Position numbers and translations under genes: made by a program | The notes under the pieces: model-generated | The model's database searches: none | The model's input: the letters and a program-made list of their open reading frames with translations, nothing else | What the model was told of the DNA's origin: nothing | Assembly: GCA_964512235.1 (NCBI GenBank) | Contig: CAZEGD010000003.1 | Location: forward strand, 101 to 64,100 | DNA length: 64,000 nt | Direction: 5' to 3' | Source: an uncultured archaeon | GTDB lineage: Archaea; Aenigmatarchaeota; Aenigmatarchaeia; CG10238-14; SCSR01 | Shown: piece after piece, positions 8,771 through 16,789 of the stretch | Position numbering within the stretch: the first letter of the stretch is position 1 | Layout of the letters: every line of letters begins with the position of its first letter

Positions 8771-10003
8771 ATGGGTATTGAAACAAAGAATAAAGAAAAC
8801 ACGAATGAACTATATTATAAAAATCTTCTGAATTTCTATCTAAATGTAAAATCAAGACCAAAAACAGATTGGCGTTTTATTTTTGGGCAACATCCATATC
8901 TTGGCTATTCTTCTGATACCATACCTAAACTTGCTATCTTTGACTTTGACGGTATATTTGAAAAGCAGGATAAAGACGAACTATATAAACTAGTTCTTTC
9001 CAAGATGGTTAAAACTAATAGAAAACTTCAAAATAGAGTAAATGACTTAGTAAAATGGATTAAAATTTTACAGACACCAGAAGGCTATAAACCAGCTAAA
9101 GACAAAATTGTAGAAATATTTAAAAGCTGTAACCTCACTAGGTCAGAATATGATGAATCCAATGATGAAGCTGCAAAAGAATTTATTAAAAACTCTTTAG
9201 TCAACGGCGCAAAAACATGCATAAAAAGACTCAAATATAAAATGGGTTATTTACCTGCTATAATCTCAGCCGGTTTTAGGCCAGCTGAAATAAAGGTTTG
9301 TGAATATTTAGGAATATCAAACACAAATGTAACTGCAACCCAGTTTTTATTCGATGGTGATGAATTCTATGGAATCGATTTCGTATTAGGATCAAGAAGG
9401 ATGGATGCAAAAAGTAACTTATTGAAGAGAAAACTTGGTAGTAGATATGGATGCTACTTCATATTCGACAATGACCCAGTCCTAAACGCATCTATTCTTA
9501 AATCTGGATTAAACCCGTCAGTTATTATCGGAGATTATCCTAGAGAACAATTAATGCAACTTGACTTTGATGTGTTTACGTGCTGCCCAGAAGCTAGAGA
9601 CAATTTGTTAAATATAATACCATCAATGAACAGATTCGAGTATGGATGGACTGTTGCAAATATATTACCTAAGAAGATTATTAACAAATTTTTTAGTCTA
9701 TCAACCAAACAAAGAAAATTATTTAATCAATTAGAGGCTTTAGATGTAGCAAAGAGTGAATTTTCATCTTTGAGAGACAGGCTCGTTTCTTTATCGCTCC
9801 AAATTTTGAATATAAAAGAAAAGTTTCATTTGATTACAGAAGAGTCGGAGATTAGAGACGATTTGTGGAGATTACTAGTAATCAAAAAAGATGCAAAAAA
9901 GAAAATCAATGATATTTTCGAATTCTTTGAAACTAATGTACCAGAGACAGAATCTTTAGAAGAGTTATTGTATGATGTACAAAAAGAGTATAAACACAAT
10001 TAA
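8771..10003 (+). CDS. HAD-superfamily-like protein with C-terminal coiled coil (hypothetical)
   Basis: I trimmed the start to the ATG at 8771 (MGIETKNK) because the track start overlaps the neighbouring gene. LAIFDFDGIF resembles HAD motif I (DxDx), IISAGF resembles motif II, and FIFDNDPV resembles motif IV. The gene is very AT-rich. Confidence 0.5.
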   Translation: MGIETKNKENTNELYYKNLLNFYLNVKSRPKTDWRFIFGQHPYLGYSSDTIPKLAIFDFDGIFEKQDKDELYKLVLSKMVKTNRKLQNRVNDLVKWIKILQTPEGYKPAKDKIVEIFKSCNLTRSEYDESNDEAAKEFIKNSLVNGAKTCIKRLKYKMGYLPAIISAGFRPAEIKVCEYLGISNTNVTATQFLFDGDEFYGIDFVLGSRRMDAKSNLLKRKLGSRYGCYFIFDNDPVLNASILKSGLNPSVIIGDYPREQLMQLDFDVFTCCPEARDNLLNIIPSMNRFEYGWTVANILPKKIINKFFSLSTKQRKLFNQLEALDVAKSEFSSLRDRLVSLSLQILNIKEKFHLITEESEIRDDLWRLLVIKKDAKKKINDIFEFFETNVPETESLEELLYDVQKEYKHN

Positions 10004-10006
10004 ATC

Positions 10007-10813
10007 TTAAGCAATTCCCCTATTCTCTCTTTGTCTTTTAATAAAAGACTTGAGGTCAAATGAATACTCTCTTATTGTTTTCTCAGTTGCTTCATCTGGC
10101 TGCACTTCACCAGGCATATTTTTCAAGTTATCTTTTATTCTATAAGTTGTATTTAAGAATTCTCTATTTTCTTCAGTCAGATTACCTTCAAAAAGTTCTA
10201 TTTGTAAGACAGTTCCAACACTCTTGGATATAGAATCCATTACATCTCTCATAGTATCAACTTGTCTTTTCAAAAAGCTCTTTGATGTAAGTTCTTTGTG
10301 CAAAGCTTCTAGCTCTTCTAGTTCTTTTACATGTTTTGGTTTAACTTCTGCACTTTTATTTTCAATACTAGCACTAGACAAGGGGTTTGATGCTTCTTCT
10401 ACTTTTTTATTTAATATATCGGCTTCTGTTATTAAAAATTCTTTTTTAATATATGACCTTAATTCTCGAAATTTTCGAGGAATTTTAGTTAAGATATCTA
10501 TACATTCACTGTAAGTTTCATCATCAATTTTATTGCAATGTATTTCGACCCTTCTATATTCTCTTCTTTTTTCAACTCCTGGGATAATTTTTAAATCACT
10601 AAGAATACCTAAAAAGGTATAGTAATTTTTTCTTAATTTTTGGATCCACACATTCTGTATATGGAAAAGGTACGCCACACTATCATAAGGAGGAGCATTC
10701 GAATTTGTCTGCTCCAAATTTTGGAATAATTCATTTTCAAACTCTTGATATCTTTTTAAGGTACCTATTATTTTCGATTTTAATTCTAGATTTGCTATAT
10801 CTGTATCAATCAT
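10007..10813 (-). CDS. Hypothetical coiled-coil protein
   Basis: 268-aa ORF, AT-rich, with heptad-like K/E-rich segments. No recognisable domain. Confidence 0.5.
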   Translation of the reverse strand: MIDTDIANLELKSKIIGTLKRYQEFENELFQNLEQTNSNAPPYDSVAYLFHIQNVWIQKLRKNYYTFLGILSDLKIIPGVEKRREYRRVEIHCNKIDDETYSECIDILTKIPRKFRELRSYIKKEFLITEADILNKKVEEASNPLSSASIENKSAEVKPKHVKELEELEALHKELTSKSFLKRQVDTMRDVMDSISKSVGTVLQIELFEGNLTEENREFLNTTYRIKDNLKNMPGEVQPDEATEKTIREYSFDLKSFIKRQRENRGIA

Positions 10814-10976
10814 CTTAATCTAATTAGGAGATACAAAACTAACCTTTAAATACCTTTAACCTATCTAGAGTAAAAAAAAATTATGAACCCCAACCTATCT
10901 AATAAATGCATGTGTAAGAAGCTTACAACTCAACCAAAATACATTTTTATATACTTTTAAAACGAAATCTAATTTA

Positions 10977-11861
10977 ATGGTTAACATGAACAAAAAAGGG
11001 TTGATTCTATCATTCGTACTTTCTTTCATGCTTTTAACTAATGTAGCTCTTGCTCAGTATGAGTGGTTTAGCGACCTTGGTGAATTATTTGGAGCGGGTG
11101 GTGGTGGAGCGCCACCAGATGCGTTGATAGGTTTTTTAAACTATTTTGGAGTTCCAGAAGACATCCTTGTTGGTTGGGGAGGGATATTTTACTACATAAT
11201 CATACCATTGGCTACGTTTGCGCTAGTTCTGAAAGCCATACTCGTTGAGGAAATAATGGTAAACACGATGAAATTAGAAACATTCAGAGATTGGAGGGGG
11301 TGGCTGTTTATACTTTTAATTCTGGGGTTCTTGCTCCCAACTGGTCTTGTGGGAATGACTGCAATGTGGCTTTATGCCAGTGCTGGTATACTGGTCATAT
11401 ACGGGTTTGGGGCATTGCTGCTCATGGCTGTTATCCAAAAATTAACTTATATGAGAGGGGGGAGGGATTATTATACTTTGGTAATAGGAGTTATAGTTGC
11501 TGCACTTGTAGCAGCATTTATACCTAACGTAGGAATCGTATTGGCCGGATTAGCCATCTTTATGTCAATCGTTGGTTATAGAAGAACTCGTAGAATTGCT
11601 GTAATGGGTCCTTTGGGGGATAAAAAACAGAAAGAATTAGACTACGCTGATAATATCATGGGCAATATAAAGAGGCATTTGAAGGGAAAGAAAGAATTGA
11701 AGACATATCGTAACAAAGAGCCATTTCTTAGGGATGCTCAGAACCTAGCTAGCGATCTTATAAATGAAAGAATTAGCCTCACCAATGCAAGAAAAGAATT
11801 CAAAGCATTAAAGACAAGGATAGACGATGCAGATGCTGCAGCTAAACAGAAAAAACCTTAA
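10977..11861 (+). CDS. Paralogous membrane protein, member 6 (subgroup B)
   Basis: Signal peptide ending NVALAQ, core YYIIIPLATFALVLKAILVEEIMVN, 4 TM segments, and a basic coiled-coil tail. Confidence 0.7.
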   Translation: MVNMNKKGLILSFVLSFMLLTNVALAQYEWFSDLGELFGAGGGGAPPDALIGFLNYFGVPEDILVGWGGIFYYIIIPLATFALVLKAILVEEIMVNTMKLETFRDWRGWLFILLILGFLLPTGLVGMTAMWLYASAGILVIYGFGALLLMAVIQKLTYMRGGRDYYTLVIGVIVAALVAAFIPNVGIVLAGLAIFMSIVGYRRTRRIAVMGPLGDKKQKELDYADNIMGNIKRHLKGKKELKTYRNKEPFLRDAQNLASDLINERISLTNARKEFKALKTRIDDADAAAKQKKP

Positions 11862-11974
11862 TATTTAATTTCCTTAACTTCTTCTTCTCAGATTCTATGT
11901 TAATTCCCTTAGGACTTTTCCTCAATATTTTTTAACGATTTATGTCTTAAATCCAAAATTTAATCTAGGTTGAT

Positions 11975-12826
11975 ATGGACAGGAAAATCTTGATTCTCTC
12001 ATTTATCACTATCTATCTTCTTTTAGTCCCAGTTGTTCTAGCCCAAATTCCAGAATTTGAATTTGGCGTTGGAATCCCTAGTGACTTTGCAAACCTCTTA
12101 GAAAGTTTTGGAATCCCTAGAGGACTCAGCGTCGATTACGGACTCCTTTTAATCTACATCATAGTCCCGATGATAACCTTTATTATAGTTTTGAAAGCCA
12201 TACTCGTCGACCAGATAATGGTGAACTTATCTCCGAGTTTCAGTGGTGCAATGGGTTGGATATTCTGCATTCTAGTAATCATCTTCCTGCTGCCGACAGG
12301 GCTGATAGGTGCGGTAGCCATGATGCTCTATGCTTTATCAGGCATAGTCGTAATATACGGGTTTGGGTTTTTGATACTGATGGAAACATTTAATTATTTT
12401 ACAAGAGGTAAGCCATGGTGGTGGAAATTTATCATATTCGGCATCATAGGCTTTTTCATAGCAACAGTCTTCCTCCCTGGCATAGGTGTCTTAGTAGGAC
12501 TCATTATCGTGGCATACTCAATCTTTAGGGCTTGGAGGTCAAGGGCAAACATAAAGGCTGCATTGCTGGGACTAAAACCACTCGAGGGAGAGCTAAGAAA
12601 GGGAAAATTTGAAAAAGCTGTGAGAGATATTACTCGTGAGATAGGAAAATTACCATCCAATATGCGAGCAGACGCTGAACTAAAATATATAGAATCTCTC
12701 GAGGATGCAGGCGCAAAATACATATCTAACGCCATTGACGAAAATGCATGGAAAAAACAAATCAATAGTATCAAAGAAAGAATAAAAGCACAGAAAGAAG
12801 CCCATAAAAGAATAGAAAAGAGTTAA
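11975..12826 (+). CDS. Paralogous membrane protein, member 7 (subgroup B)
   Basis: Signal peptide ending PVVLAQ, core IYIIVPMITFIIVLKAILVDQIMVN, colinear with member 6. Confidence 0.7.
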   Translation: MDRKILILSFITIYLLLVPVVLAQIPEFEFGVGIPSDFANLLESFGIPRGLSVDYGLLLIYIIVPMITFIIVLKAILVDQIMVNLSPSFSGAMGWIFCILVIIFLLPTGLIGAVAMMLYALSGIVVIYGFGFLILMETFNYFTRGKPWWWKFIIFGIIGFFIATVFLPGIGVLVGLIIVAYSIFRAWRSRANIKAALLGLKPLEGELRKGKFEKAVRDITREIGKLPSNMRADAELKYIESLEDAGAKYISNAIDENAWKKQINSIKERIKAQKEAHKRIEKS

Positions 12827-12838
12827 TCTTTCAATAGT

Positions 12839-13543
12839 TTATCCTTCCCTTTTCATCCTCTGCACCAGATCGCTCAGCGCGCGCACGCTCTCTATCAGCG
12901 CAGGCAAAGTCTCCTTGAAAGCCTTCTCCAACCCAGACAATCGTATGTGTATGTCCTGCAAGCTCGTCCCCACACCTTCAACTTTCGTTATCACCTGGTT
13001 CTGCTCGCCGCTGCGGCCTTGTATTACCGTATTCAGCTGGTGCTTTATCTCTTCCATTCTCTTCTCAAGTTCTGTATAGCGGATGGCAAACTCATTCATC
13101 TGGTGCTGCACATCAGTCATTCGCTCGTTTATGGCATAATCAACATAGTCCTCAGTAGGATAGCTCTGGTAGTATTCTGATGGCAGGGACGTCTCGGGTA
13201 CTACTGGCTGCGACGGTTTTATCTGCTCCATCGTTGGCAGCATCGATGACTGCTGCGCTGGCGGGAATGATGGCTGCCTTGCATTCTGCTGCATGCCTTC
13301 CGCGGGCGTGAATGACGGCTTTTCAGCAGTATATGTTGTGACAGGCTCTCCCCTTACACCGCCCTTTAGCGTCTGCGTCAACGCCGAGTCTATCTCCTCC
13401 GGTGCAAATCCCTCTCTCCTCAACGCATCTATGACATCCGTTTCAGAGAAGCCTCGCGACATAAGTTGCTGCACTCTGTTAGTCGGTGCATATCCTTTGC
13501 CCTTTATTTTCTCCTCTTTGCCACTAAGAAAAGGTATCTTCAT
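12839..13543 (-). CDS. Coiled-coil protein with an N-terminal UBA-like helical module and a Q/P-rich linker
   Basis: N-terminus GFSETDVIDALRREGFAPEEIDSAL, a low-complexity P/Q/S linker, and a C-terminal heptad-rich region. Confidence 0.6.
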   Translation of the reverse strand: MKIPFLSGKEEKIKGKGYAPTNRVQQLMSRGFSETDVIDALRREGFAPEEIDSALTQTLKGGVRGEPVTTYTAEKPSFTPAEGMQQNARQPSFPPAQQSSMLPTMEQIKPSQPVVPETSLPSEYYQSYPTEDYVDYAINERMTDVQHQMNEFAIRYTELEKRMEEIKHQLNTVIQGRSGEQNQVITKVEGVGTSLQDIHIRLSGLEKAFKETLPALIESVRALSDLVQRMKREG

Positions 13544-13615
13544 TTATTTCGACCTTAATAATTTTTCTCGTTCTATTATAATAAATGTTTGTTAGTAGAA
13601 GAAAATTAAATTTTA

Positions 13616-14050
13616 TTAAACCCTTTTCCTCGTCTTCGTCATTCTGTCTTCAAGCGCGCGCTCAAGTTCGCCCTTTGTTATGAACTCCGAAGTTATGGGA
13701 TTGATAATATCTATAAATGTCTCAAGCTGCTTGACTTCATTTTTCGTTGCAGTCTTGTCAAGTCTGTTATTTATCCTAGCCACCTCATTCTCCATCGTTA
13801 TTATCCTGTCCGACACGTCTACAATCTTGTTAGATATCTTCTCCAGTTCCAGCTTCAGTTCATTCAGCTGCATGAGCACAGTCTCATCCAGGCTTCTCAT
13901 TCCATTCTCCATTCTTTCAATCTTCTGCTCCATGAAATGTATTCGTCGGGCGTTCTGGTTTATCCTCTGTATCAGCTCGGACATTACAGAATTGCTATCG
14001 CCTTTCCGCGGCTGCGACTGGAACGATTTTTGGATTTCGTCTGACGGCAT
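13616..14050 (-). CDS. Small coiled-coil protein
   Basis: 144 aa, nearly all heptad-like (IERMENGMRSLDETVLMQLNELKLELEKISNKI...). It is transcribed divergently from the pilus ATPase. Confidence 0.6.
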   Translation of the reverse strand: MPSDEIQKSFQSQPRKGDSNSVMSELIQRINQNARRIHFMEQKIERMENGMRSLDETVLMQLNELKLELEKISNKIVDVSDRIITMENEVARINNRLDKTATKNEVKQLETFIDIINPITSEFITKGELERALEDRMTKTRKRV

Positions 14051-14139
14051 GGCAATCCTCTGGATAATGATGACTACTATAAAGAATTTGTGTCGCCGTA
14101 GATAAATTTAATTAGGTATATGCAAGATGGTTGGAAAAA

Positions 14140-16380
14140 ATGGCAGTTGACTATAAAATTGAAGACGGTACAGCGAGAATAGACGCACGCAACTGGGTGA
14201 TAGAGCCAAGCATTGAGAATTCTGAGGCATGCATGGCCGTTGTCATTGACATATTGCAAGAATCGAAAAATATAGAGCGCATAGTTCTCGCGGAAGTGAG
14301 GGATGTGGAATACGACTTTGAGCAGACGCAATTGCTTGCAAGCATCGCTCGGGCACACAACAAAATATTGAATGAAGAAAAGCTGATGAGCATAGAAAAG
14401 CTCGGCCCGAGGGAGTGCTCGGTGCTGCTGCCCGCCAGGTTCAAGGAGCTGCAGTTCTTGATTCTGGAAGTCCTGCGCAAGGACCCGATAGGTGCCTACG
14501 TCAAAGTGAAGATGATGATAAACAAGGCACAGGAGAAGATGAAAAAGATGAAGATGAAACAGTGCTTCAAGCAGTACATAGATGAAGTGCTGATTCCGAT
14601 GAAAAATATACTGGAGTCTACAGAGATGATAAAGGCTGCACAGCCGTATCTACGCATCTTCAAATTCGGTGACCGCCGGATCTACAGGGAGCTGTTCAAG
14701 CCTGTGATCAGGCCAACATTCATGCTCACTCGCTACATGATCGTCCCACCAAAGGGAGGGAGGCTCATGGAAAAGTACAACATAGCAGCCAATACGACTG
14801 TAGAGATATTCAGCGTGCCAGGCAGGGTGAGGCACAGCTATTTCATAACCCCTCCAGAGTTCAGGTTGAGCGAAGAGAAGTATGCCGTGCTGGACATGGC
14901 GCGCCGGTATCTAGCAGAGCACAGGCCGAGCGAGACGGAGTTCGCAGACCCGGAGCGTGCGCGCGAGGTGTTTATGAACATAAGCCGCGACCTCATCGCT
15001 GACGTGTCAAGGTCGATGAATGTGATGCTTACTGTGAAAGAGATAGAAGAGCTCGCCGTGGTGCTGTCACGCTATACTGCAGGATTTGGTGTGCTTGAGC
15101 TGTTGCTTAGCGACGATAAGATACAGGATTTGTACATAAATTCGCCCATCGGGTTGACACCGATATATGTCTATCATTCAGATTTCGAGGAATGCATAAC
15201 AAACCTCATACCTACAAGGGAGGATGCAGAAGCTTGGGCGACCCGATTCAGGCTGTATTCTGGCAGGCCATTGGACGAAGCCAACCCAGTGCTTGACACT
15301 GAGCTGACAGTGCCTGGAGGGCGCGCACGTGTCGCAGCCATCACCCGCACACTAAGTCCTGAAGGACTGGCATTCACCCTACGCCGTCACCGCGAGAGGC
15401 CATGGACATTCCCACTTTTCATACAGAACAGGTTTATCGATCCGCTGTATGCAGGATTGATGAGTTTCATAGTCGATGGCGGCCGTGCAATATTGATAGC
15501 AGGCGGACGTAGCTCGGGGAAGACAAGCTTGCTAGGTGCGATGATGCTGGAGATATTGCGGAAGTTCAGGTTCATTGTGCAGGAAGATACTTTAGAGCTA
15601 CCTATAGTGTACATGCGAAAGCTAGGCTACAATGTCGAGCGGCTGAAGTCACGCTCCGTGATTACACAAATAGAGACTGAGCTGTCTGCTGATGAAGCTC
15701 TAAGGACAGCGCTCAGATTAGGAGATTCAGTCCTGATTCTGGGCGAAGTGCGCAGCGTAGAGGGCAAAGCATTGTTCGAAGCTATGCGCATAGGCGCGCT
15801 TGCAAATGTGGTCGCCGGTACAATACATGGTGAGTCTGCTTACGGAGTCTACGACCGTGTGGTGAATGATCTAGGAGTGCCGTCTACGAGCTTTAAAGCC
15901 ATAGATCTGATTACGATATGCAACATGCTGCACAGCCCGGACGGTCTGCATCGCTTCCGAAGAGTCGTTGCTTTGACAGAAGTGCGGAAGCACTGGAAGG
16001 ATGATCCTGGAGCAGAAGCCGGGTTTGTGAATCTCATGGAATATTCGGCAAAGGAAGACAGGATGAAGCCTACGGATACTTTGACTGACGGAGAGTCTGA
16101 GGTGCTTAATGAAATTGCAAAGCGCGTGCGTGAATGGCATGGTAGATGGGACGTAATGTGGGACAACATAATGCTGCGGACGAAGATAAAAGAGGCGATG
16201 GTGAAGTACTCTGAAAAATTCAATAGGCCAGATATGCTGGAGGCAGACTGGGTGCTTGACAGCAATGAAATGTTCCATTTGATATCCGACAAAGTGAAGA
16301 AGGAAGTCGGTGGATTGGATAGTAAGCTCATCTACAGCCGATGGGAAGATTGGTTCAAGAATAGGATAAAACAGAAGTAG
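14140..16380 (+). CDS. Type IV pilus/archaellum-family secretion ATPase (ArlI/FlaI-PilB/VirB11 superfamily) with a long N-terminal extension
   Basis: Walker A AGGRSSGKTS, Asp box IVQEDTLEL, Walker B ILGEVRSVEG, and His box GTIHGES. I placed the start at ATG 14140; the track uses an in-frame TTG at 14131. Confidence 0.9.
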   Translation: MAVDYKIEDGTARIDARNWVIEPSIENSEACMAVVIDILQESKNIERIVLAEVRDVEYDFEQTQLLASIARAHNKILNEEKLMSIEKLGPRECSVLLPARFKELQFLILEVLRKDPIGAYVKVKMMINKAQEKMKKMKMKQCFKQYIDEVLIPMKNILESTEMIKAAQPYLRIFKFGDRRIYRELFKPVIRPTFMLTRYMIVPPKGGRLMEKYNIAANTTVEIFSVPGRVRHSYFITPPEFRLSEEKYAVLDMARRYLAEHRPSETEFADPERAREVFMNISRDLIADVSRSMNVMLTVKEIEELAVVLSRYTAGFGVLELLLSDDKIQDLYINSPIGLTPIYVYHSDFEECITNLIPTREDAEAWATRFRLYSGRPLDEANPVLDTELTVPGGRARVAAITRTLSPEGLAFTLRRHRERPWTFPLFIQNRFIDPLYAGLMSFIVDGGRAILIAGGRSSGKTSLLGAMMLEILRKFRFIVQEDTLELPIVYMRKLGYNVERLKSRSVITQIETELSADEALRTALRLGDSVLILGEVRSVEGKALFEAMRIGALANVVAGTIHGESAYGVYDRVVNDLGVPSTSFKAIDLITICNMLHSPDGLHRFRRVVALTEVRKHWKDDPGAEAGFVNLMEYSAKEDRMKPTDTLTDGESEVLNEIAKRVREWHGRWDVMWDNIMLRTKIKEAMVKYSEKFNRPDMLEADWVLDSNEMFHLISDKVKKEVGGLDSKLIYSRWEDWFKNRIKQK

Positions 16381-16425
16381 CAAATCAATAAAGATATATG
16401 ACGAAAAAAAGAAATTTAATAGTAG

Positions 16426-16713
16426 ATGATTATGACTGGCAGAAAGGGTGCAATACCAATACCCTATATAATCGCCATAATTTTCGGGATAGTTGTAATT
16501 GCGATAATTGGCTACTGGTTCTTTACGACCGCCGGCGATATTGGCAGCGCTAGTCAACAAGCAGATTGTGAAACAGCATTGTTTGAATTCTGCATAAGCT
16601 GGATTAGAGAAGGAGAAGCTAATAAACCTTTTGATCATAAAGTAGTAGAAGATTGTGGACCTCTTGATATAGGTGTACCTACGTTTGCCCAATGCACAAG
16701 TGTCTATACCTAA
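16426..16713 (+). CDS. Class III signal peptide (type IV pilin-like) protein, 4 Cys
   Basis: N-terminus MIMTGRKG|AIPIPYIIAIIFGIVVIAIIGYWFF: a short basic leader, K-G, then about 22 hydrophobic residues. Confidence 0.8.
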   Translation: MIMTGRKGAIPIPYIIAIIFGIVVIAIIGYWFFTTAGDIGSASQQADCETALFEFCISWIREGEANKPFDHKVVEDCGPLDIGVPTFAQCTSVYT

Positions 16714-16789
16714 TAATTTAGGCATATCATAAACTCCTTTCAAACCAATTCTTAATACGGACAAAAGCCAAAACTATTTTTAGATATTG

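Noticed and set aside
14060-14100. Possible box C/D sRNA suggested by AATGATGA at about 14066 in the ATPase upstream region
   Set aside because: I found no matching D box (CUGA) at an appropriate distance and no terminal stem. It is more likely part of the AT-rich divergent promoter region.
15871-16764. 297-aa minus-strand ORF overlapping the 3' end of the pilus ATPase and the first pilin gene
   Set aside because: It is antisense to two well-supported genes. The translation is rich in Y/F/H/L with no TM or domain pattern, so it is a shadow ORF. The same applies to 15849..16331, 18091..18600, 24334..24771 and similar entries.
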